Below, piece after piece: positions 31,749 through 40,261 of a stretch of DNA of 62,857 nucleotides. Within the stretch, counting starts at the first letter, position 1. Each line of letters starts with the position of its first letter. The notes under the pieces are model-generated. The model was given only the letters and a program-made list of their open reading frames with translations. It did no database searches and was not told the origin of the DNA. The position numbers were made by a program, and so were the translations under genes. The DNA is taken from positions 1 through 62,857 of IMG/VR virus record IMGVR_UViG_3300010293_000004; one strand, written 5' to 3'. The DNA is from a virus. Taxonomy: Duplodnaviria; Caudoviricetes.

Positions 31749-33514
31749 TTAAATTTAAAAATGTAACTGCAAAAAACTTTCTATCAATTGGGAACAATAC
31801 ACAAGGAATAAATTTAGATCGTCGTGACTTAACTCTAATTCTCGGTGAAAATTTAGATCTCGGCGGAGATGATAATGGCAGCCGAAATGGAACAGGTAAA
31901 ACTGCTTTACTAAATGCCATTAGCTATGCTTTATACGGACAGGCATTATCGAGTATCCGTAAAGATAACTTAATAAACCACACAAACGGAAAAGGTATGG
32001 TGATTACCATTGAGTTTGAGAAGAATGGGCAATTGTATAAAATTGAGCGGGGACGTAAGCCAAACTTTATTACTTTTTACGTAGGTGATAAAGCCGTCGA
32101 AGCTCAAGATAGTGATTCTCAAGGTGATAGCCGCGAAACACAAGCAGAAATTGAAAAGTTGCTTGAGATGTCGCACGACATGTTTAAGCACGTTGTTGCC
32201 TTAAACACTTACACCGAACCATTTTTATCGTTAAAAGCAAACGACCAGCGTGTTATTATCGAACAACTTCTAGGTATTACCTTATTAAGTGAAAAAGCAG
32301 ATTCGTTAAAAGAACTTAACAAAGCAGTCAAGGATGAAATCACAGCCGAAGAGATTAACATTAAAGCAATCACAGATGCTAACAAGCGATTCCAGGAGCA
32401 GATCGAAGCACTTAAAAGAAGGCAAAAGCTTTGGTTAACTAAAAAAGAAGAGGATTTGCTTAATCTCAGAGATGCATACGATCTACTGTTAAACATTGAC
32501 ATCGAGTCTGAGATTAAAACACACAGTGATTTAAAAGAGTGGATTGAGAAAGACGCATACCTCACTCAACTTAAAAAGGATGCAGCTACATTAAAAGCTG
32601 CGATCGATAAGGAAATTGTTCGAGTTAACAAAATTAGCAAAGAATTAGAGAGTTTGCGAGACCATAAATGTCATAGTTGCGGGCAAGAGTTGCATGATTC
32701 TAAGCACGAAGAATTGCTTGCACGTAAAGAACACGACGAGGCAGAAATTCGCGAACATATTATTGCTTTACAAACCGAGAGGATTGCACTCGATGCAGAA
32801 ATTAGCACCATCACTTTACCTGCAAAACCAGAAACATTTTACAAGAAACTAGAAGAAGCATTAGAACACAAAAGTTCAATTGCTCATTTAAAACAACAGA
32901 TTGACTCTAAAGAAGCCGATGCTGATCCGTACGACGAGCAAATTAACGACATGACTAGTTCAGGGATTGTCGAGGTTAGCTACGATAAGATCAACGAACT
33001 TACTAAGCTAAAAGAGCATCAAGACTTCTTGTTTAAACTGTTAACTAACAAAGATTCGTTTATTCGCAAGCAAATTATTAATCAAAACTTAACATTCCTT
33101 AATAAGAGACTAAGCTACTACTTAGACAAAGTCGGTCTTCCTCATCAAGTAGTATTCCAAAACGATTTAACAGTAGAAATTAGTGAATTAGGTAGAGACT
33201 TAGACTTCGACAACTTATCTCGCGGTGAGCGCGGCCGGTTAATTTTATCTCTGTCATGGGCATTCCGTGATGTATGGGAATCATTGTACCACCCGATTAA
33301 CCTGCTGTTTATTGACGAGTTAATCGACAACGGGCTCGACACTAACGGGGTAGAAGCAGCACTTGCTACACTAAAGAAGATGGCACGTGATCATAACAAG
33401 AGTGTTTGGTTAGTATCTCACAAAGACGAACTTACTAATCGAGTAAATAACATCTTAAACGTAGTTAAAGAACACGGGTTTACAACATACAGTAACGAGA
33501 TCGAGAATGTTTAA
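31745..33514 (+). CDS. gp46: Recombination ATPase (Rad50/SbcC-like)
   Basis: NGTGKT Walker A, CHSC hook, LSRGE signature, IDE Walker B, VSH. Confidence 0.93.
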   Translation: MIKFKNVTAKNFLSIGNNTQGINLDRRDLTLILGENLDLGGDDNGSRNGTGKTALLNAISYALYGQALSSIRKDNLINHTNGKGMVITIEFEKNGQLYKIERGRKPNFITFYVGDKAVEAQDSDSQGDSRETQAEIEKLLEMSHDMFKHVVALNTYTEPFLSLKANDQRVIIEQLLGITLLSEKADSLKELNKAVKDEITAEEINIKAITDANKRFQEQIEALKRRQKLWLTKKEEDLLNLRDAYDLLLNIDIESEIKTHSDLKEWIEKDAYLTQLKKDAATLKAAIDKEIVRVNKISKELESLRDHKCHSCGQELHDSKHEELLARKEHDEAEIREHIIALQTERIALDAEISTITLPAKPETFYKKLEEALEHKSSIAHLKQQIDSKEADADPYDEQINDMTSSGIVEVSYDKINELTKLKEHQDFLFKLLTNKDSFIRKQIINQNLTFLNKRLSYYLDKVGLPHQVVFQNDLTVEISELGRDLDFDNLSRGERGRLILSLSWAFRDVWESLYHPINLLFIDELIDNGLDTNGVEAALATLKKMARDHNKSVWLVSHKDELTNRVNNILNVVKEHGFTTYSNEIENV

Positions 33515-34118
33515 TATTGTTATAACTGGTGCCAATAGTGGTATAGGAAAAGAACTAAGTAAATTACTGTCTGCACATCATAATATTATTTCTATCGCAA
33601 GAGAAGAATTAGATTTAGATAATGTTAACGATGTAGTTAACTACAACTTTCCGCATTGTGATTTTTTAATCAACTGTGCCGGACACGATATAAACGGTAA
33701 ACTCCCTTTCATTGACCATCAAGTTAAAGACATTGTTAGAATACTAAACACAAACTTATTGAGCTTAATATTGCTCACCCACAAAGCACTAGAACGAAAT
33801 ATTAATTGTAAAATAATATCAATAACTAGCACTAATAATAATCGATATTGGCCAAATGATTTAGCATACAGTTTATCAAAAAAATCAGTGCAATCTTTTT
33901 ACAGTATGCTCAAAGTAGACTATCCAGATGTAAGATTACTAGAAGTATGTGTGGGTTTAACTAGAACTAATTTTAATGCTAATCGATACAAAGAAGATAT
34001 AGGTAGATTTTGCGACTTGTATTCATCAAATAACAGTTTAACTCCACAAGAAGTTGCTAATACGATTGTTAATAATATGTTCAACGATAATATCAAAATC
34101 ATAGAGGTGTCGCCTTGA
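33507..34118 (+). CDS. Short-chain dehydrogenase/reductase
   Basis: TGANSGIG, NCAG and YSLSK motifs. Confidence 0.85.
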   Translation: MFNIVITGANSGIGKELSKLLSAHHNIISIAREELDLDNVNDVVNYNFPHCDFLINCAGHDINGKLPFIDHQVKDIVRILNTNLLSLILLTHKALERNINCKIISITSTNNNRYWPNDLAYSLSKKSVQSFYSMLKVDYPDVRLLEVCVGLTRTNFNANRYKEDIGRFCDLYSSNNSLTPQEVANTIVNNMFNDNIKIIEVSP

Positions 34119-35209
34119 TTTATCCTTGGCAACTCTATCACTGGCATTTTGAGGTAAGTGGCGTTTGCACGTTAAAATGCCCCCGATGCCCAAGGAATGA
34201 TGGTTCACCGACGCCGTGGCTTAATAAAGACTTGTCACTTGATTTTTTTAAAAAAACGTTATCTGTCGATTTACTAAAAAATCAAGTGAAGCGCATCACA
34301 ATGTGCGGAGACATAGGTGACCCAATTTATGCTAAAGAATACTTAGAAATAATCAAATACATTAAATCAGTTAATCCAAAAATTCATATTTTCACAATTA
34401 CAAACGGGTCGCACAAAAAACAAGATTGGTGGGAACGATTTGCATCAATCAGCAACGAATACGACACTATAAATTTTAGTGTCGACGGTTACAATAACGA
34501 AACAAATAATTTATATCGTATTAACAGCAATTGGGATAGTATCATGTTAGGTATGAAGACAATGGTTCAGCAAAGTAAAATTTTTGTAAATTGGGCTACT
34601 ATCGTTTTTTCATTTAACCAAGATCATCTCGATCGCATTAAACAGTTAGCTACAGATATCGGCTGTGACGGATTGCAGTTAACATATAGCACAAAATTTA
34701 ATAGCAAGTATAATGGTGCGTTCGGCGAAGTAGATTTATTAGAACCAAGACCAGAATTCATAAGCAAAACTCATCGATTCGAAAGGTATTTTCATCAGCT
34801 GTCGAGTAGAAAACCGTTAACCGACGAGTATATTCATAAAAACGAAAGAATGTACGCTAGAGTACATCAAAAACATAGCAGTGTTATCACGCCTATGTGC
34901 CTAATAGGCAATCGTGGTCTGTATGTAAGTGCAGATGGTGTGTTACATCCATGCAGTTGGGTAAGTTTTCCGTATAAGTCTTTGCACACCGACAGAAAGA
35001 TTATCAAGTATGAAGATAGTTTTCATCAAAAATATCGTCATTTGCTAAATTTGCATACTAGAACATTAGAAGAAGTACTATCTGATCCAATTTGGGATAA
35101 ATTGTTTTCAACATTCAATTGTCAGAAATCAGCTTGGGTAGAATGCGAGCAAAAATGTAGCAGTAACGTGGTTGATAGAAATTATGCCGTAGGCTGGTTA
35201 ACTAATTAA
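34115..35209 (+). CDS. Radical SAM protein with SPASM/twitch-like C-terminus
   Basis: CTLKCPRC; GDIGDP; TNG; SVDG; C...G..HPC...C..C. Confidence 0.85.
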   Translation: MIYPWQLYHWHFEVSGVCTLKCPRCPRNDGSPTPWLNKDLSLDFFKKTLSVDLLKNQVKRITMCGDIGDPIYAKEYLEIIKYIKSVNPKIHIFTITNGSHKKQDWWERFASISNEYDTINFSVDGYNNETNNLYRINSNWDSIMLGMKTMVQQSKIFVNWATIVFSFNQDHLDRIKQLATDIGCDGLQLTYSTKFNSKYNGAFGEVDLLEPRPEFISKTHRFERYFHQLSSRKPLTDEYIHKNERMYARVHQKHSSVITPMCLIGNRGLYVSADGVLHPCSWVSFPYKSLHTDRKIIKYEDSFHQKYRHLLNLHTRTLEEVLSDPIWDKLFSTFNCQKSAWVECEQKCSSNVVDRNYAVGWLTN

Positions 35210-35230
35210 ATAGTACACAAGGAGACAACT

Positions 35231-35419
35231 ATGTCAACACATGAACAAATTGTAGCAGCATACGAAGCATATATTGCAGAAAATGAAAAATTCGAAGGTA
35301 AGGGCGTTGCCGCAGCAGGCACTCGTGCTCGTGGAGCATTAGGCGATTTGGGTAAGCTTACTAAAGTTCGCAGGGCCGAGATCCAAGAGAAGAAAAACGC
35401 AGCCAAGGCAGCAAAGTAA
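35231..35419 (+). CDS. Small basic helical protein (histone H1-like Hc1 family-like)
   Basis: KFEGKGVAAAGTRARGAL...RRAEIQEKKN; TAAATA at 35207; AAGGAG RBS. Confidence 0.7.
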   Translation: MSTHEQIVAAYEAYIAENEKFEGKGVAAAGTRARGALGDLGKLTKVRRAEIQEKKNAAKAAK

Positions 35420-35422
35420 TTC

Positions 35423-35965
35423 ATGGCAGTTAACGGAAAGAGCAAAGGCTCCACTTTCGAAAGAAAGATCGCCAATCTTCTTTCCGCACGATTTAAAGAA
35501 GTAACCGGAATCAACCAAGCTTTTCGTAGAAACCCCGATTCCGGTTCATTTTTCGGTGGCTCTAATAAAAAACGAGTTGCAACCCACGATTTAGATCACG
35601 CTTTTTTTGGTGATTTAATTTGCCCTGATTCCTTTAACTTCTCAGTGGAATGTAAGCACTATAAGTCAGGGCCTACGTTCTCAGCAATTGTTAAAGGTAA
35701 AGTAGCACAGTGGGATGAGTGGCTTGCACAAGCACAGCAGGATGCATCAAATTCTAACAAGGAGATGATGCTTATTGTTAAATACAATGGAGTAGACGAA
35801 GTAGTATTTTTGTCTAATCCAATCTCAGCATTACGACTTGTATTGCCGTACCGAGAGGTATACGGATACAGACTGGACGATTTTTTAAATTTAGATAATT
35901 CAATATTTTTTAATAATATAAACTCGAACAATGTACACCAACAGGCTTCCGCAGCTCAAGGGTAA
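35423..35965 (+). CDS. PD-(D/E)xK nuclease, Holliday junction resolvase-like
   Basis: KGSTFERKIA, GDL and VECK motifs. Confidence 0.75.
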   Translation: MAVNGKSKGSTFERKIANLLSARFKEVTGINQAFRRNPDSGSFFGGSNKKRVATHDLDHAFFGDLICPDSFNFSVECKHYKSGPTFSAIVKGKVAQWDEWLAQAQQDASNSNKEMMLIVKYNGVDEVVFLSNPISALRLVLPYREVYGYRLDDFLNLDNSIFFNNINSNNVHQQASAAQG

Positions 35966-36555
35966 AGAAGCTTGTTGCATTGTTTGTTTGAACAACAATA
36001 TCCAGACACCACGTCGTAAAAATCCATAAAAATTTAGCGACACTGAAATTTTGTTTTGAAGGGGCGGCCAAACCGTCACTAGTTCGCAAGTAGGTACCAG
36101 TGCAATACCGCGTGTACGAGAAAGACCGGACACGAAGACGAAAGCAACACCTAACAAAATTCATTTGGCCTTGTTTGATCGAGGATGCTCGATCCCCATT
36201 GAGATTGCCTGAAAGATGGCTGTCGGATACTTGGGTGCCAGGGGGAAGACACTAACCTAAGGTGTTAAACGACGATGGCTCTGAGAAAAAGCAACCATCA
36301 TCAATAGCAGACAACGACTTGCTAACCTGCTATTGATCCGTCATATCGAACGATCGTACAGTAATGTACACACAAAGATCAAATAAGACAAAATCGAGGT
36401 ATTGGGAGTACAGGATGACCGCTTCCGCTATATGAAAAGCATATAGCTGCCTTAGCAAGTACGTAAGAAACACTCACAGAAGATATCTCGTATTTTGCCT
36501 GGTTTACGGGCAAAATACGACTTGCATCTACAGAAAGATATCTCTTCTTTCCCCC
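35927..36555 (+). ncRNA. Putative large structured ncRNA (family not recognised)
   Basis: No credible ORF; many local and long-range helices, with G-U pairs favouring the plus strand (see findings). Confidence 0.6.
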
Positions 36556-36656
36556 AACAAACAAATAACAAAGTAAAAGAAATTAAATTAACTTAAAGAA
36601 AAGAAGAAAAGGATCTTAGAGCGAAGCGATAAGATAGATGTGCTGAAAGCACATCT
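36556..36656. other. A-rich tract plus two GAA-triloop hairpins; candidate replication origin/priming element
   Basis: atctta-ga-GCGAAGC-ga-taagat (36613-35) and agatgtgct-gaa-agcacatct (36636-56). Confidence 0.4.
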
Positions 36657-36714
36657 CTGAAGAGATAAGATGAATGATAGTAATTGATGTAATGGATAAT
36701 AGCGACTGTGATGC

Positions 36715-36945
36715 TTAGAAGAAAGGCATGCCAGTTTTCTTTGCTATCTCGATGTTGTCTTTGATTATTTTATTGATGTTTTCGCGATCTGAGAAACACA
36801 AAAGCATAGCATCGTTATATGAGATTGATCCTCTCATAAACCAGCATAGCCGCATTGCGTCATCTTTTAGGGCTTTTATGTCTTTTTCGTACGAGTCTAA
36901 TAATTTGGCTATTTTCTCGTTACTAAGAGATAAAAGCCTTATGCG
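36715..36945 (-). CDS. -1 frameshift extension (T-like/gp51-like segment) of the upstream chaperone gene
   Basis: 76 open codons (RIRLLSLSNEK...LCWFMRGSISYNDAM...KKTGMPFF*) begin at the slippery T_TTT_TTC (36945-36951). The only ATGs are internal (first at 36855) with no clear RBS. Confidence 0.7.
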   Translation of the reverse strand, partial: RIRLLSLSNEKIAKLLDSYEKDIKALKDDAMRLCWFMRGSISYNDAMLLCFSDRENINKIIKDNIEIAKKTGMPFF

Positions 36946-37790
36946 AAAAAATTAGCGTAGTCAAATGTAAATGCTACTTTGTATTCATGATTACAATGTG
37001 GGCAAGTTACTTCGAACGGCTTAACTGCAATATCCTTTGCAAAAGACGCAACAGTTTCTTGTACCTTCTTGATTATTGACCCTTCTGCATTTTTATAAAA
37101 TTCAAGGATAAAATCTGGGTTAGTGACTACAGTTCCGTTTTCGATAATAATTTTGTCGGTACTAGTAGTCAATGATTCGTAATTTAAATTAAGAACGTTG
37201 CTTAGGTGCTGATTAAACTGGGCCGTTACTACGTCTTTGTCTGAAGCTTCGTTTGCTTCTCTAATAACTTTTAAAATCTGTTGTTCTTCGAACTCTAATT
37301 TGTTTCTTTTGTTTAAATCAAAATACTTTTGTGGCTTTAAGAAAATTTGCAACCCGTTAGTTTCGACAGGGATGTGGTATTTAGGCATAGTTAATCCTGC
37401 TTGTACTGTATGCAAGTTTATTTGATAGGAGTTTTCTTCTTTGCACTCGTTGTTTGGACATGTTGCATCGATATCCATGTGTTCGCCGTACGTAGCAATA
37501 CGAATAGCAATAATAATTTGATCAACATCAACGCTAGGCATTTCCCAGGCGTTAGCGATGCTCGGGCAGCAACTTTGGATAACATCAACTACGCCTGACC
37601 CATTCATTAGTGCATCAGGAGTCTTTAATGTGATCTCATCTTTGAGAGTCATTGGAAGTACAGGAATCTCACCAGTTACTGGTAAATTGATTGATCCTTC
37701 TGGCCAAAATTTGCCGTTACTAACTAATTTAGTGTGTATAACTGCATGACGAAAATGGCTAGCTAACGGATTCTGATTGATGTTTTCCAT
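36939..37790 (-). CDS. gp26: Baseplate hub assembly/tail chaperone gp26-like
   Basis: PMTLKDEITL, D.DQIIIAIRIATYGE, two CP..C pairs, C-terminal NFFA. Confidence 0.75.
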   Translation of the reverse strand: MENINQNPLASHFRHAVIHTKLVSNGKFWPEGSINLPVTGEIPVLPMTLKDEITLKTPDALMNGSGVVDVIQSCCPSIANAWEMPSVDVDQIIIAIRIATYGEHMDIDATCPNNECKEENSYQINLHTVQAGLTMPKYHIPVETNGLQIFLKPQKYFDLNKRNKLEFEEQQILKVIREANEASDKDVVTAQFNQHLSNVLNLNYESLTTSTDKIIIENGTVVTNPDFILEFYKNAEGSIIKKVQETVASFAKDIAVKPFEVTCPHCNHEYKVAFTFDYANFFA

Positions 37791-37803
37791 TGGGGATTTT
37801 TCC

Positions 37804-37832
37804 TATAAATAATAAAGCGGTAATTTTATTTA
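37804..37832. promoter_or_regulatory. Face-to-face late promoters for divergent genes
   Basis: TATAAATA on + at 37804-11 and TAAATA on - at 37827-32. Confidence 0.65.
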
Positions 37833-37844
37833 TGGATTAAAAGT

Positions 37845-40142
37845 ATGGATCGTTCTGATATTGAATATCTAGTTGAGAGATTAGCTGATGTCATTGGTTC
37901 CCATGGCATGGGTGGCAGCGGCGGCTCTTACGGTGGCGGATCTGGATCGTCGCCAAAAGAATTTAACGTTGATCGTTTGATAAAAAGTGTTGATCGGTTT
38001 GACAAATCTATAAAGAAAAGCAGTTACGAAGTTGAGCAAATGAATCAAGCCATGAAAGAGCTTGATGAAGCTATAGAAGCTGCTGGTGATACTATTGATG
38101 CAGAGATTCTTCACTCTAAGAAGAAAATGATTCAAGAGCAAAAAAACATGAAGTTAGCAGAAGAGGGCGCCGCTGAGTTTAGTAAAAAACTATCCACAGT
38201 GGGTAAACTATCTGCTCCTGTGACTGCTGGTTTAGGTAATGCTATTAAATCGGTTACAGACGGCGCATCAGCGACTGCAACAGCATCCGGAGTAATGAAC
38301 GCTGGAGTAGATGCAATTGGTGGAGTTGCAAAGTCCGCGTCCGAAAAAGTAGCTCAGATGGGTGCAGGAATGGCCGCAGTGCATCCAGTAATAGGTGGAG
38401 TAGTTGCAGGTTTAGGGGTATTAGGAGGAGTGCTGTCAGACACACTATCTAAGACTGCTAAATTTGCTAACGACATTTTGTCTAAAGAAGTTGAAAAAAC
38501 AGTTAAAGCATATAACCAAGCTGCATCTTCGGGTGCATTATTTGCTGACGGTATGACTGGGTTAAGGAATGCTGCTAGTGGTGCAGGGTTAACTGTAACA
38601 CAGTTTGCTGATGTTATCAAAAAACAAAGTGGTCCGTTGGCTGAATCTGGAATGGGTGTAGTTGAGGGTGCTAAACAAGTTGGTAAAGTAGGGGAAATTT
38701 ATAAAGCTAACAACGGTAAATTACAAAAAGAATTTCTTCGAATGGGTTTTTCTTTCGAAGAAACTGCTGAAATGAGTGCAGAGGTTGCTGCAAATATGCG
38801 TCGTGCTTCTGGCGGAAAAGTAGCAGCTGAAGATGTTGCTACACAAACACATGAGTACGCTAAGAATTTACGTTTACTATCTCAATTAACTGGTGAAGAT
38901 GCTAAAGCAAAAGCTGAAAAAGTAAAGCAAGAGAACACTGATCTAGCATTCCAATTAAAGCTGCAAGGAATGTCGGAAAAACAAAGAAATCAGATTAACC
39001 TTGCAATGGCAGCAATGAGCGATCAAGAACGAAAAAATCTTAAAGATCGAATGGTGTATGGAACTGTAGTGAATCGAGACGGCGCAATAATGGAAGCAAT
39101 GTCTGGAACAGCACGACGACTCGGTGAACAAAATTTTGCATTACTACAAGAAGGTAATTTAACTGCTAAAGAGGTTTTAAAAAACAGAGTAGGCGCAGCA
39201 GCTGATGTAATTGCAGAATCGAAACAATTCGAAGCCTTTGCTATGGCTGCACATGCAGGTGGCGAAGCGGTACAAGGTGCTGCAAAAGCGTTGGCTGATA
39301 ATCTAAAATCAGCCACTAATTTAAGCGATGCTGACATCGAACAAGTTATTGCTGATTTAGAAAAATCGCTGAAACCAGGAGATAAGTTACAAGAAGGCGT
39401 TATAGGAGCAGCTGATGCCCATCAAGCATTACAAGTCCAGATACAAGATGAACTATTGCCGGTAATGGGCGAGTATGCAAAATTAACTCAAGACATTGTA
39501 GAAGGACTAAAAAGCTTACTGTCAACCTTAGGATTTAGCACACCCGAAGAAAAAGAGCTTAAGGCTGCTGAAAAGAAAAAGAAAGAACGATTCCACGACG
39601 AACAGTATGTTGAAGAATGGAGAGAGTGGAAAAGTAATAAACATGCTAATATTAAAAAACAAGGCATGGGCGGATTTGGAGAGTCTTGGAATGCTACCTT
39701 AGGTTGGGGTGACTATTCAGCTGATAATTTTGATAAACACAAAGAAAATTTAAAATCATCAGCTGACCGTGAGAGTTCCAGATATGCTACCCTTGGTAAA
39801 CCGGCAACTCCTGCACCTAAACCAGCTATGGCCTTAGGCGGTATTGCAAAAGGGCCAATGAGTGGTTTTGACGCATTACTTCACGGTATAGAAGCAGTTG
39901 TGCCGTTACCTGATGGAAAAACTATCCCAGTTAAGGTTAATGTACCAGAGGACACTGCTGGAAAGAGTACTCAAACAGATTCTGCTACAGCAGCAACTAC
40001 TAACATTTTAACTGTTAACACTCAACTGTTATCTGAGCAAGTTGACTTAATGAAACAGTTTATTAGGAAAGCCGACGATTTAATATCTGTAACATCAGAC
40101 CACAAAGACGTATCGTCTAGCATTCTGCAGAGCTCTTACTAA
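37845..40142 (+). CDS. Tape-measure-like protein
   Basis: Ala/Gly-rich helical 765-aa protein with a hydrophobic segment and C-terminal ALGGIAKGP..G...LHG.EAVVPL; upstream of the portal. Confidence 0.65.
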   Translation: MDRSDIEYLVERLADVIGSHGMGGSGGSYGGGSGSSPKEFNVDRLIKSVDRFDKSIKKSSYEVEQMNQAMKELDEAIEAAGDTIDAEILHSKKKMIQEQKNMKLAEEGAAEFSKKLSTVGKLSAPVTAGLGNAIKSVTDGASATATASGVMNAGVDAIGGVAKSASEKVAQMGAGMAAVHPVIGGVVAGLGVLGGVLSDTLSKTAKFANDILSKEVEKTVKAYNQAASSGALFADGMTGLRNAASGAGLTVTQFADVIKKQSGPLAESGMGVVEGAKQVGKVGEIYKANNGKLQKEFLRMGFSFEETAEMSAEVAANMRRASGGKVAAEDVATQTHEYAKNLRLLSQLTGEDAKAKAEKVKQENTDLAFQLKLQGMSEKQRNQINLAMAAMSDQERKNLKDRMVYGTVVNRDGAIMEAMSGTARRLGEQNFALLQEGNLTAKEVLKNRVGAAADVIAESKQFEAFAMAAHAGGEAVQGAAKALADNLKSATNLSDADIEQVIADLEKSLKPGDKLQEGVIGAADAHQALQVQIQDELLPVMGEYAKLTQDIVEGLKSLLSTLGFSTPEEKELKAAEKKKKERFHDEQYVEEWREWKSNKHANIKKQGMGGFGESWNATLGWGDYSADNFDKHKENLKSSADRESSRYATLGKPATPAPKPAMALGGIAKGPMSGFDALLHGIEAVVPLPDGKTIPVKVNVPEDTAGKSTQTDSATAATTNILTVNTQLLSEQVDLMKQFIRKADDLISVTSDHKDVSSSILQSSY

Positions 40143-40171
40143 AAATAGTAAATAGCATATAGAGAGAAATT

Positions 40172-40261
40172 ATGGACGAAAAAGCATACTATGTATACCA
40201 ATATGTAACTGAAGATGGTACACCTTACTATATTAAACAAACAAGTAAAAGGAATTCTTAA
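40172..40261 (+). pseudogene. Truncated GIY-YIG homing endonuclease remnant (29 aa)
   Basis: MDEKAYYVYQYVTEDGTPYYIKQTSKRNS*; follows TAAATA at 40149; its stop overlaps the portal ATG (TAATG). Confidence 0.6.

Noticed and set aside
35927-36555. Group I or II intron, RNase P or tmRNA identity for the structured region
   Set aside because: I could not find their catalytic or terminal consensus motifs by eye, and no flanking gene is split.
35900-36955. Short track ORFs in the non-coding region (35900-36164, 36379-36564, 36728-36955)
   Set aside because: They have no RBS or recognisable motifs. The last is antisense to the frameshift extension.
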